Notes: generated by a model not told the origin, from the sequence alone. A stretch of 64,000 bases of DNA from Bacteroidales bacterium (GCA_036656055.1 JAVVOY010000003.1:27754-91753); one strand, 5' to 3'. Shown: positions 34,730 to 43,493, numbered from the stretch's first letter. Numbers and translations are program-made.

Positions 34730-35737
34730 ATGAAAGTAGCAATTGTTGGGGCCAGCGGGGCAGTGGGACAGGAATTTCTCCGTGTATTGGCTGACAGGGA
34801 TTTCCCTATTGATGAACTTCTTCTGTTTGGATCTTCGCGTAGCGCGGGGCAGTCTTATATGTTCAGGGGTAAGGAGTGTACTGTTAAGGAGTTGAAGGAA
34901 AATGATGATTTTAAGGGAGTTGATATAGCTTTTACTTCGGCTGGAGCGGGTATTTCGAAACAGTTTGAAAAAACGATTACTAAGTTTGGCGCGGTTATGA
35001 TAGATAATTCAAGCGCATTTCGTATGGATGATGATGTTCCATTAGTTGTCCCGGAGGTTAACGGCAGGGATGCTATAACTCGTCCGAGAGGTGTCATTGC
35101 AAATCCTAACTGTACGACTATACAGATGGTGGTAGCATTGAATGCAATTGAGAGTGTATCGCATATAAAACGTGTTCATGTGGCTACTTATCAGGCAGCA
35201 AGTGGTGCCGGTGCTGCGGCTATGGATGAGTTGGTAACGCAGTATGCTGAGTTGCAACGAGGGGATGCTCCTACGATAAAGAAGTTTTATTACCAATTGG
35301 CATATAATATTATTCCGCAGGTGGACGCTTATACTGATTCTCTTTACACTAAGGAGGAGATGAAGATGTTTAATGAGACACGTAAAATTATGCACTCTGA
35401 TGTAAGAACAAGCGCTACTTGTGTGCGTGTTCCGGTTATGCGTGCTCACTCGGAGAGTATATGGGTGGAGACGGAGCGTGCAGTGTCGGTTGAGGAGGCC
35501 CGTGGTGCTTTTGCTAAGGCTGATGGTGTTGTGCTGATGGATGATCTTGAGAATAAGATTTATCCTATGCCTTTGGATATTGCCGGTAAGGATCCTGTTT
35601 ATGTTGGACGTATACGTAAGGATCTTGCTGATGATAACGGACTTGTATTCTGGGCAGTAAGTGACCAGATACGCAAGGGCGCGGCGCTGAATGCTGTTCA
35701 GATTGCTGAGTACCTGATAAAAAATAATGCATTGTAA
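34730..35737 (+). CDS. asd: aspartate-semialdehyde dehydrogenase
   Basis: [28 protein letters not shown] (active-site Cys), [13 protein letters not shown]. Confidence 0.93.
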   Translation: MKVAIVGASGAVGQEFLRVLADRDFPIDELLLFGSSRSAGQSYMFRGKECTVKELKENDDFKGVDIAFTSAGAGISKQFEKTITKFGAVMIDNSSAFRMDDDVPLVVPEVNGRDAITRPRGVIANPNCTTIQMVVALNAIESVSHIKRVHVATYQAASGAGAAAMDELVTQYAELQRGDAPTIKKFYYQLAYNIIPQVDAYTDSLYTKEEMKMFNETRKIMHSDVRTSATCVRVPVMRAHSESIWVETERAVSVEEARGAFAKADGVVLMDDLENKIYPMPLDIAGKDPVYVGRIRKDLADDNGLVFWAVSDQIRKGAALNAVQIAEYLIKNNAL

Positions 35738-35796
35738 AAGATACTCCCGTCATAAGAAGGGATTGTTTTTATAAGTATAAAATTGTAGTTTTAACA

Positions 35797-35832
35797 GGGG
35801 CGGTTTGTAAAAGAAACGCCCCGTTTTGCTTT
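35797..35832 (+). terminator. stem-loop terminator after asd
   Basis: GGGGCGGTTT...AAACGCCCC followed by GTTTTGCTTTT. Confidence 0.6.
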
Positions 35833-35844
35833 TATCTGAAAATT

Positions 35845-37611
35845 ATGTCGCAAAATAATCCTGTAAATATTGAAGCCTTGTTTGCTGAAACGGAGAGGTG
35901 TGTTGCGGTTGCTAATTGTCGCCGGACTCCGATTATTGGTATCTCCACTAACCAGAAGGAGGATACCTCGCGCGTGGCGAATGCCTATGTAAGGTCGATT
36001 GTTAACGCTGGTGGAATACCTCTGCTTATACCGGAGTGTGAAGATTTTTCGTCTCTTTCTGAGATATTAGAGAGGATTGATGGTCTGCTGCTTACTGGCG
36101 GTGGAGATATTTCTCCTGAATTGCTTGGGGAAAAACCCCTTAAGGAGGTGGAGGGTGTAAATGTTATTCGGGATTGTGCGGAGATAGCTCTTGTGCGTAT
36201 GGCAATGCAGAGACAGATGCCGTTACTTGGAATTTGTCGTGGACACCAGATTATAAATGTGGCATGTGGGGGGGATAATTATCAGGATATAGCAAAGCAG
36301 CATCAGGGGGCGGTGCTGAAACATTCGCAGGATGAACCGAGAAATGTTGCGTCTCATTTGGTGAGTGTCAAGAAGGGGACGCTTCTGGCAAATATAATAG
36401 GGGAATGTGATCTCCCGACAAACTCGTTCCATCATCAGGGGGTATCTGTTGTTGCTCCAGGTTTTATTGGAAGTGCAGAGACTTCTGACGGTGTTAACGA
36501 GGCAATAGAGAAGCCTTCGTATCCTGTGATGGGTGTACAATGGCATCCTGAAGCAATGGCCTCTGTGGGTGATGAAAGAATGTTGTCTCTTTTTAGATGG
36601 CTTGTGGAGGGAAGTGCTGTTTACAGACGTGCAAGAGAGTTTCACCGTAGGGAACTGACGCTGGATTCTCATTGTGATACACCGATGTTTTTTCCTGAGA
36701 GGGTGAATATAGGTGTGAGAGACCTGAGGCTTAAGGTTGATATTCCTAAACTTATTGATGGCAGAATTGATGCTGAATGTATGGTGGCGTATCTGCCCCA
36801 ACGCGGTAGAAGTGATGCCGAACTGGCTGCTGCAACTGAAAAGTGTAATTCTATTTTGGAGGAATTGCGGTGTCAGATTGCGCTGAATAGTTCTCGTGTT
36901 ATTCAGGTACGTAATGAAAAGGAGATACTTGCGGCAAAGCGTGCAGGAAAGAAAGGGATATTTTTCGGAATTGAAAATGGTTATGCAATAGGTAGGGATA
37001 TATCGGCTCTTAAACATTATAGGGATGAAGGAATTATATATATGACGCTTTGCCATAATGGGGATAATGATATTTGCGATTCGGCTAAAGGTGAGCGGGA
37101 ACATGGTGGGCTTAGTGAATTTGGTCGCTATGTTGTCAAGGAGATGAATGAGATAGGGATGATGGTGGATATTTCTCATGCTTCTGATGAGAGTTTTTAT
37201 GATGCTTTGAAGTTAAGTACTGCCCCGATAATTGCTTCGCACTCATCTTGCCGGGCATTATGCGGTCATAGGCGCAACCTTACTGATGAACAGATTAAGG
37301 CGTTGGCTGATTGCGGTGGTGTTGTGCAGATTTGTATATACGAGGATTTTCTATCTGATGATGGTTTGGCTACGGTGAAGACGGTTGCGGATCATATAAA
37401 TCACGTGGTTGAATTAGTGGGTGTGGATTATGTGGGGATAGGTTCTGACCTTGATGGCGGTGGCGGTGTGCCTGGTTGTAACGCTGTGAATGAGTTGATA
37501 AATATTACTTGTGAACTTATCCGTCGTGGTTATGGCGATGGCGATCTTAAGAAAATATGGGGTGGAAATTTTTTACGTGTGATGGGAGTGGTAAATGAGT
37601 TATCGAATTAG
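35845..37611 (+). CDS. fusion protein: class I glutamine amidotransferase-like gamma-glutamyl hydrolase (peptidase C26) + membrane-dipeptidase-family (peptidase M19) domain
   Basis: N-terminal half: LLLTGGGDISP, LLGICRGHQIINVACGG, FHHQ, GVQWHPE. C-terminal half: LDSHCDTPMFF, MTLCHNGDN, MVDISHASDESFYD, IASHSSCRAL, DHINHVVELVGVDYVGIGSDLDG. Confidence 0.8.
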   Translation: MSQNNPVNIEALFAETERCVAVANCRRTPIIGISTNQKEDTSRVANAYVRSIVNAGGIPLLIPECEDFSSLSEILERIDGLLLTGGGDISPELLGEKPLKEVEGVNVIRDCAEIALVRMAMQRQMPLLGICRGHQIINVACGGDNYQDIAKQHQGAVLKHSQDEPRNVASHLVSVKKGTLLANIIGECDLPTNSFHHQGVSVVAPGFIGSAETSDGVNEAIEKPSYPVMGVQWHPEAMASVGDERMLSLFRWLVEGSAVYRRAREFHRRELTLDSHCDTPMFFPERVNIGVRDLRLKVDIPKLIDGRIDAECMVAYLPQRGRSDAELAAATEKCNSILEELRCQIALNSSRVIQVRNEKEILAAKRAGKKGIFFGIENGYAIGRDISALKHYRDEGIIYMTLCHNGDNDICDSAKGEREHGGLSEFGRYVVKEMNEIGMMVDISHASDESFYDALKLSTAPIIASHSSCRALCGHRRNLTDEQIKALADCGGVVQICIYEDFLSDDGLATVKTVADHINHVVELVGVDYVGIGSDLDGGGGVPGCNAVNELINITCELIRRGYGDGDLKKIWGGNFLRVMGVVNELSN

Positions 37612-37618
37612 AACAATT

Positions 37619-38590
37619 ATGAAAAGAGGTATATATATATTGGTTTTGTTGTTTTTTACATTTGTATCATGTAAGGGAAAACCTGTTGCTGCGGAGGCTA
37701 AAAATATAATTGAGGCTCCGGATTTTAATTCTGACAGTGCTTATTTTTATACTGAAAAGCAATTGCAGTTTGGTTATAGAATTCCAAATACAAAGGAACA
37801 TAAGGCTGCTGCAGATTTTTTGGGAGGAGAACTTGCACGTTATGGTGCGGATACTGTTATGCAGAGGGGTTGGGTTACGGCTTATGACGGAACTAAATTA
37901 GACATTGTAAATATAATAGGTAGCTTTTCTCCTAAAAAGGAGAGGCGTGTACTGCTTTTTGCCCATTGGGACAGTAGACCGTATGCTGATAATGACCCTG
38001 ATAGTGCTAATCACCGTAAACCTATTGCTGGGGCTGATGATGGTGCTGCTTCGGTAGCGGTTCTTCTTGAGATTGCACGACAGATAGGGATTAAATCTCC
38101 AAGTGTAGGTGTGGACATAATATTTTTTGATGCCGAGGATTATGGTACTCCATATTTTTATGAAGGTGGCGATGGAGAGGATACATGGGCTCTTGGCACT
38201 CAATATTGGTGTGACCGTCCACACATACAGGGTTATAGGGCTGAATATGGAATTTTATTGGATATGGTTTCCGGGCAAGGGAGTAGGTTTTATCAGGAAC
38301 AGGTATCTATGCACTATGCTTCTAGTGTTGTAAGGAAGATATGGGACGAGGCGCACCGCCTTGGTTACGGGGCTTATTTTCCTAAGGAAAAGGGTGGGGC
38401 GGTTACGGATGATCATCTTTATGTTAATCGCATGGGGGTGCCGAGTGCGGATATTATTGCGTACGATCAGTCGTCCGACACGGGTTTCCCTTCTTATTGG
38501 CACACTCTTAGGGATGATATAAGAAATATTGATAGAAATACGATGAAGGCGGTTGGACAGACTGTCCTGTCGGTAATATATAATGAGTAA
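37619..38590 (+). CDS. M28-family lipoprotein, glutaminyl-peptide cyclotransferase-like
   Basis: Lipoprotein signal MKRGIYILVLLFFTFVSC. FAHWDSRPYADND, GADDGAASVAVLLE and FFDAEDYG are M28 metal-ligand contexts. Size is as in type II bacterial glutaminyl cyclases. Confidence 0.6.
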   Translation: MKRGIYILVLLFFTFVSCKGKPVAAEAKNIIEAPDFNSDSAYFYTEKQLQFGYRIPNTKEHKAAADFLGGELARYGADTVMQRGWVTAYDGTKLDIVNIIGSFSPKKERRVLLFAHWDSRPYADNDPDSANHRKPIAGADDGAASVAVLLEIARQIGIKSPSVGVDIIFFDAEDYGTPYFYEGGDGEDTWALGTQYWCDRPHIQGYRAEYGILLDMVSGQGSRFYQEQVSMHYASSVVRKIWDEAHRLGYGAYFPKEKGGAVTDDHLYVNRMGVPSADIIAYDQSSDTGFPSYWHTLRDDIRNIDRNTMKAVGQTVLSVIYNE

Positions 38591-39029
38591 ATTGACAATG
38601 AAGAGTATAAATGAGTTACAGGATGAGATCATCGAAGAGTTTTCAGATTTTGAAGACTGGATGGATAAGTATTCGCTCATCATGGATATGGGGTCGAGTC
38701 TGAAGCCTATTGGCGATGAATATAAGACGGAAAGCAATCTTATTGAGGGGTGCCAGAGTCGTGTTTGGCTTCAAGCGGATTGTAGTGAAGGAAAGATATT
38801 TTTTAAAGGAGATAGTGATGCGCTGATTGTTAAAGGAATAGTTGCGATGCTGATAAATGTCCTTTCGGGACATTCGGCTGAAGATATTCTTGAGAGTGAT
38901 CTCTATTTTATTGATAGGATAGGGCTGAAAGAGAATCTGTCTCCTACTCGTTCAAACGGTCTGGTGTCAATGGTTAAGCAGATGAAGTTATATGCGTTGG
39001 CTTTTAAGGTGAAGGGGAATGGACGATAG
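38583..39029 (+). CDS. sufE: SufE-family sulfur acceptor protein
   Basis: LIEGCQSRVWL (SufE active-site Cys context), SDALIVKGIVAML, GLSPTRSNGL. Confidence 0.8.
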   Translation: MSKLTMKSINELQDEIIEEFSDFEDWMDKYSLIMDMGSSLKPIGDEYKTESNLIEGCQSRVWLQADCSEGKIFFKGDSDALIVKGIVAMLINVLSGHSAEDILESDLYFIDRIGLKENLSPTRSNGLVSMVKQMKLYALAFKVKGNGR

Positions 39030-39048
39030 GATATTGTAATTAGAAAAG

Positions 39049-40713
39049 ATGTTTAAAAATCAACCTAAGGGACTTTTTACTCTTGCTTTGGCAAATACAG
39101 GCGAGCGTTTTGGCTATTATACTATGATTGCCATTTTCGTCCTTTTCTTGCAAGCTAAATTCGGATTTTCTGAGGGTTATACATCTACTATATACGGAGT
39201 TTTTCTTGGTATGGTGTATTTTATGCCGTTGCTTGGTGGCCTTTTGGCCGACAGAATGGGGTACGGCAAGATTGTTACGCTTGGTTTTATTGTTATGTTT
39301 ATTGGATATTTGTTGCTAACCATCCCAATTAAAACTGGAATGGTAAGTCTTATATTTATGTTTGGTGCGCTGTTGTTGATCTCTATTGGAACTGGCTTTT
39401 TTAAGGGAAACCTTCAGGTAATGGTGGGGAATCTTTATGATGATCCAAAATATGCGGACAAGCGTGATACGGCTTTTTCGATATTTTATATGGCTATTAA
39501 TATGGGTGCTTTTTTTGCTCCTACTGCAGCGACTAAGGTTGTGGAATATTTTATGACAAAGGCCAGTTTTACTTATAATGCTGCAATCCCGGCGTTAGCA
39601 CACCAGTTTATAAATAAAAGTATCACAATTCAGGGGATGGAAAATCTTGCTGTATTGAAAGCCGAACAGAATTATTCGGGGGATATGTTATCATTCTGCA
39701 GCAGTTATATTGAGAAACTTTCTGATTCGTATAGTTATAGTTTTGGAGTAGCTTGTATATCGCTGATTTTTTCTATGGCGATATATTACTTTTTCCGTGG
39801 AACTTATAAAAACTCTGAAAATTATTCTATTCATAGATCAGAGGTAGATGATAGTGGCAAAGATATCTTTACTCCTGCACAGACTAAAAAGCGTATCACC
39901 GCCCTGCTGCTTGTTTTTGCCGTAGTTATATTTTTCTGGATGTCTTTTAACCAGAACGGATTGACAATGACGTTCTTTGCGCGTGACTATATTGCTCATT
40001 CGGTAACCGGATTTAACAGGTTGTTGTTTAGTGTGATAAGCCTAAGTGGCATAATTGTGGCGGTCTATTCTTTGATATCGTTATTTCAGTCTAAACATGT
40101 AAAAGGGAAGATGATTTCTGCTATTATTGCAGCGGTTGCAATTGCAATTGTGTTTTATGGCTATTACGCGACAGAGGATATTGTTGATATTACGCCACAG
40201 ATATTTCAACAGTTTAACCCGTTTTTTGTGGTGGTATTGACCCCTCTTTTGCTGTGGGTATTTTCCATCCTTGCAAAACGTGGAAAGGAACCGTCAGCAC
40301 CACGTAAGATAGGTTATGGTATGATTGTGGCTGCTTTTGCATTTCTTATTCTTGCAATAGGTTCTATCGGGTTAATAACTCCGGACGAAATAAAACTGAC
40401 CGGTGTGAGTAACCGCTTAGTTTCTCCGGATTGGATGATCTCTACATATCTGGTACTGACTTTTGCAGAGCTTTTATTGTCTCCTATGGGTATATCTTTT
40501 GTCTCAAAAGTGGCACCACAAAAATACAAGGGGGCTATGATGGGATGCTGGTTTGCTGCTACGGCCGTAGGTAATTATTTAGTTTCGGTGGTGGGTTATC
40601 TTTGGGGTGGACTTCCTGTTTGGGCTGTATGGAGCGTACTTATAACGTGCTGCCTTATATCTGCCGCGATCATCTTTTCTTTGATGAGGAGGATAGAGGT
40701 TGCAACTAAATAA
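39049..40713 (+). CDS. POT/PTR2-family di-/tripeptide:proton symporter
   Basis: N-terminal GERFGYYTM and LGGLLADRMGYGK PTR2 signatures; about 14 TM helices. Confidence 0.85.
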   Translation: MFKNQPKGLFTLALANTGERFGYYTMIAIFVLFLQAKFGFSEGYTSTIYGVFLGMVYFMPLLGGLLADRMGYGKIVTLGFIVMFIGYLLLTIPIKTGMVSLIFMFGALLLISIGTGFFKGNLQVMVGNLYDDPKYADKRDTAFSIFYMAINMGAFFAPTAATKVVEYFMTKASFTYNAAIPALAHQFINKSITIQGMENLAVLKAEQNYSGDMLSFCSSYIEKLSDSYSYSFGVACISLIFSMAIYYFFRGTYKNSENYSIHRSEVDDSGKDIFTPAQTKKRITALLLVFAVVIFFWMSFNQNGLTMTFFARDYIAHSVTGFNRLLFSVISLSGIIVAVYSLISLFQSKHVKGKMISAIIAAVAIAIVFYGYYATEDIVDITPQIFQQFNPFFVVVLTPLLLWVFSILAKRGKEPSAPRKIGYGMIVAAFAFLILAIGSIGLITPDEIKLTGVSNRLVSPDWMISTYLVLTFAELLLSPMGISFVSKVAPQKYKGAMMGCWFAATAVGNYLVSVVGYLWGGLPVWAVWSVLITCCLISAAIIFSLMRRIEVATK

Positions 40714-40765
40714 TTGTTGTGATTTTTTTTAATTATTAAATAATAGAAGTTTAAGTAGTAAGGGG

Positions 40766-40848
40766 GCAAAAACGAAATGTACAATTAATATTTTGTAATG
40801 CTATGATAAAGAAAGAGATACAGAAAGAGGGTAAAAAACGAAATGTAC
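40766..40848 (+). repeat. two direct copies of GGGnAAAAACGAAATGTACA, 66 bp apart (candidate transposase end-binding sites)
   Basis: AAAAACGAAATGTACA is found at 40767-40782 and 40833-40848, read directly. Confidence 0.6.
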
Positions 40849-40855
40849 ATTTACT

Positions 40856-40914
40856 TGGATTTTATGTGGATTTTATACCGTAAATCGTGCGGATTATGTG
40901 GATTATTCTTGGAT
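40856..40914 (+). repeat. five phased GGATT motifs (starts 40856, 40867, 40890, 40899, 40910)
   Basis: cttGGATTttatgtGGATTtt...gcGGATTatgtGGATTattcttGGATTgg. Spacings of 11/23/9/11 bp are roughly helical. Confidence 0.5.
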
Positions 40915-41023
40915 TGGACGTAATTATATGTTGATTGCATCCCATTTATGGATGTGTAAGCAACTCATAAACCCAGTTTAAAGGGTTTATATCGGAGGCT
41001 GGGCATAACTTGTTTGTGGGCGT

Positions 41024-41224
41024 TTATAGGGCTTCTATGTCGCGCTGCTTCTTCTCTCTGATAGCCTCGTTGATAAAACGACTGCGATTGTCTGAGCCTT
41101 TTATAAACGCTTGTAAATCGGCATCTAAACGGAAGTTTATATTTACTGTTGCGCCATACTTTGATTTGCGACCTGCCCCAGTCCTTTTGCCTCCTCTTTG
41201 CGGCTTCTCTGCTTGCTTTTCCAT
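41024..41224 (-). CDS. ribbon-helix-helix (CopG/Arc-like) small DNA-binding protein
   Basis: 66 aa. A basic N-terminus RGGKRTGAGRKSKYG, then a beta-strand VNINFRLDADL followed by helices QAFIKG..NRSRFINEAIREK. Confidence 0.45.
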   Translation of the reverse strand: MEKQAEKPQRGGKRTGAGRKSKYGATVNINFRLDADLQAFIKGSDNRSRFINEAIREKKQRDIEAL

Positions 41225-41449
41225 GTTTTATTTATATCTTTGCCCTTGAACAATCCAAAAGAGGGAGGTGGCTCTTATCCACCCCCCTTGAAAGCTACCA
41301 CTTAACCATTACGGTGATAGTTGCTTTTCCGATTTTGAAGCTGATTTTCAATTCTTTAACTTCCATTTTTTTTATCGGTTTTGGATTGTTTTTTCCTACT
41401 CTTTTTGAGGTTTTCGGATGCTCCTTTGTAATCGCTCTCTGATACTCTA

Positions 41450-41470
41450 CAAATATACTATTTATATTTG
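41450..41470. promoter_or_regulatory. back-to-back divergent TATATTTG (-7-type) boxes forming a palindrome CAAATATA-ctatt-TATATTTG
   Basis: Matches the Bacteroides TAnnTTTG consensus on both strands. The motif alone is frequent in AT-rich DNA. Confidence 0.35.
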
Positions 41471-41608
41471 AATAAGCAAAACAAAATCAAATAAAAATCA
41501 CTCTTTTTTGAAAAATAATTTACTGATATACAGGTGTATAGGGTGTAAAAATAGCTGCTTTTATGCCGTGTGGCGCAGGGGAGGCTTTTTTGTGTGGGGG
41601 AAATGGTG

Positions 41609-41663
41609 TGTTTGGGAGTGTTTTGGGAGTTGGTTAATCAGTTGGTTAATCAGTTGGTTAACC
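41609..41663 (+). repeat. short tandem repeats: TGTTT(T)GGGAG x2 followed by AGTTGGTTAA(T/C)C x3
   Basis: Read directly. The 12-mers are at 41628-41639, 41640-41651 and 41652-41663. Confidence 0.9.
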
Positions 41664-41860
41664 ATAGGTGTACTTTTACCATACATATAAATATACCCTT
41701 GATTTTAAGTTAATTGAACTTTTGGACGTGTGGGTGTTAAAATCTATACCCCTACGTGCATAGTCAAACAGAGGGGTAATAGCAGTTTAAAGCACTTATA
41801 TATAGCTTGTTACATGGCGTGTATGGGTAGGGTGCGAAAAATATCTTATGCGGGACTTTT

Positions 41861-42592
41861 TTACTCTAAGCGGATTACACCTATGACTGTGGAGAGGCTG
41901 CGTATCTCGGTCTTATATAGGGAAAATGGCGGGTATTGGGGGTTATCAGACTTGCAGATAATTTTATCCTCGTCTCCATCGCATGGCAAAACACGCTTAA
42001 CCATTGCTCCCTGCAGGCTATCTAACACATATACCCTGCCCCACTGAAAAAAGGTTATAGCGCTTATTTTACGGCAAGCCAGCATGTCGCCATTATTATA
42101 CAGGGGTGACATAGAGGATCCGCTGACACGTATGAGATACTCGGCTCCGGCCGCCTCAAAATCCGGTATATTATATCTGATACACTCTGCAAGGGTAACG
42201 TCTGATACGTCGTCTCCGTTATAGCCGGCTATGCAGTCTATGGGTATAAGTGGTATACCGGCATTTTCCGCCATCGGTACAAGGAGGGCAGAGGTAGGAT
42301 TTTTATCTTTTATTGTCGTAGAAGTAGGCTCGGCAGCAATAGAGGGGGTAGTATCGGGGGTATACTCGGCCTTACACATCTCCCCCTCCCCTGTCAAAAG
42401 CCATTCGGGAGATACATCGAGACTTCTCACTATTTTTTCAAGAAATGGGTATTTAGGTATTATACTGGTTTTATATCCTCTTATATTTGCCTCACTTTCA
42501 TCTATAATCCTTGCAAAGACAGTATTTTTACCGTTACCAAAGGTGGTTACAAGATGTGAAATCCTCTCGTGAATAGTACCTAATTTTTCCAT
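41861..42592 (-). CDS. CI/LexA-type phage repressor (N-terminal HTH + C-terminal S24 peptidase domain)
   Basis: N-terminal XRE-like HTH (VFARIIDESEANIRGYKT). The C-terminal domain has the Ser-Lys dyad context RVSGSSMSPLYNNGDML...MVKRV. Confidence 0.85.
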   Translation of the reverse strand: MEKLGTIHERISHLVTTFGNGKNTVFARIIDESEANIRGYKTSIIPKYPFLEKIVRSLDVSPEWLLTGEGEMCKAEYTPDTTPSIAAEPTSTTIKDKNPTSALLVPMAENAGIPLIPIDCIAGYNGDDVSDVTLAECIRYNIPDFEAAGAEYLIRVSGSSMSPLYNNGDMLACRKISAITFFQWGRVYVLDSLQGAMVKRVLPCDGDEDKIICKSDNPQYPPFSLYKTEIRSLSTVIGVIRLE

Positions 42593-42608
42593 ATTATAAA
42601 ATAAAACG

Positions 42609-42628
42609 AATTATTTCGCGAAATAATT
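42609..42628. promoter_or_regulatory. 20-bp perfect palindrome AATTATTTCGCGAAATAATT (candidate operator)
   Basis: Located in the 117-bp divergent region between the repressor gene and the rightward early genes. Confidence 0.55.
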
Positions 42629-42650
42629 TTCATATATCGAAACATCTCTC

Positions 42651-42658
42651 TATATTTG
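42651..42658 (+). promoter_or_regulatory. TATATTTG -7 box, candidate early rightward promoter
   Basis: TAnnTTTG match 52 nt upstream of the Ner-like ATG. Confidence 0.4.
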
Positions 42659-42709
42659 CGTCATCGTTTGAAATCAAAAGCGCCTGTAAATGTACTAAAA
42701 AAAAACAAT

Positions 42710-42883
42710 ATGAAGGAGATCATTACAAAACACGGTGAGGTAAGGCAAATTGCCAAACTCATATCTGTCAGCGAGGAGACAACTAAGAATGCCCTTAAAG
42801 GGAGGACAAAATCGGTGCTTGCTGCAAAAATAAGGGCACTTGCAATTGAGCGCGGTGGCGCAGAACTCAACCGAAAAAAGTAA
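42710..42883 (+). CDS. small HTH protein in the Ner/Cro position
   Basis: 57 aa, MKEIITKHGEVRQIAKLISVSEETTKNALKGRTK... It is the first rightward gene opposite the repressor. Start at ATG 42710. Confidence 0.55.
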   Translation: MKEIITKHGEVRQIAKLISVSEETTKNALKGRTKSVLAAKIRALAIERGGAELNRKK

Positions 42884-42931
42884 TCAATAACAAACAATCA
42901 GCCCTCGCACAACACGGCAAAGTGCAATATT

Positions 42932-43153
42932 ATGGCAAGATTTAACAGAGTAGAGTTCTCTATGAGACACTCAAATACCCGCGGATTATACTGGATTGAG
43001 GCAACTTACAGGGGTAGGGATATTAAGGTGCTCACCAACGACAGCGAGGTTTTTGACTGGTACGACGACAACTCGGACAAAGCTAAGCATCAGGAGGCTT
43101 TGAGGCACTGCTACAATAATATTAAACGGCAATACGAAGGGCTATGCAATTAA
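42932..43153 (+). CDS. hypothetical early protein (73 aa)
   Basis: ORF in the early operon; function not recognised. Confidence 0.45.
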   Translation: MARFNRVEFSMRHSNTRGLYWIEATYRGRDIKVLTNDSEVFDWYDDNSDKAKHQEALRHCYNNIKRQYEGLCN

Positions 43154-43416
43154 TTATAGCCCTTATGGAAAGATTAATGGATTGGTTGGAAATGGGGTGC
43201 GTGTTGTTGGCTGCGATATTAACTGTAATTGTGGCAACTGTGCAGACGGTATTGGCTGTTTTTTATTACCCTGCCGTGGGATGGGTGCCGATGGTGATTA
43301 TGTGGGGTTTGGCATGGTTGGTTTGCGGTATGGCTGCCAATAGATTAAGGGAATATAAGGAAGAGGGGAATACGGACGATGAGAGTAAAATAAAAAGTGA
43401 TGGAAAAGTCGACTAA
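43144..43416 (+). CDS. hypothetical two-TM membrane protein (90 aa)
   Basis: Two hydrophobic helices plus an acidic/basic C-terminal tail. Overlaps the previous ORF by 10 nt. Confidence 0.45.
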   Translation: MQLIIALMERLMDWLEMGCVLLAAILTVIVATVQTVLAVFYYPAVGWVPMVIMWGLAWLVCGMAANRLREYKEEGNTDDESKIKSDGKVD

Positions 43417-43493
43417 AGGCCTCCCCGCTCCGCGCAACAAACCAGATAGACGATAGGTGTGACAGATCCTCGCGCATGATGCCGCGAGGTGAG

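Noticed and set aside
36223-37179. 318-aa minus-strand ORF, and similar long antisense ORFs (for example 5551-6114, 7383-7938, 13648-14292, 10416-10946, 44548-45045)
   Set aside because: Each lies entirely antisense to a confidently recognised gene (dipeptidase fusion, metK, antiporter, gyrB, protease, transposase). Their translations are low-complexity and rich in Arg, Ile and Tyr, as expected for shadow frames.
41628-41663. Possible CRISPR array or iteron array from the 12-bp tandem repeats
   Set aside because: The repeats are contiguous with no spacers, and there are only three short units, so this is not a CRISPR array. It is reported as a simple tandem repeat.
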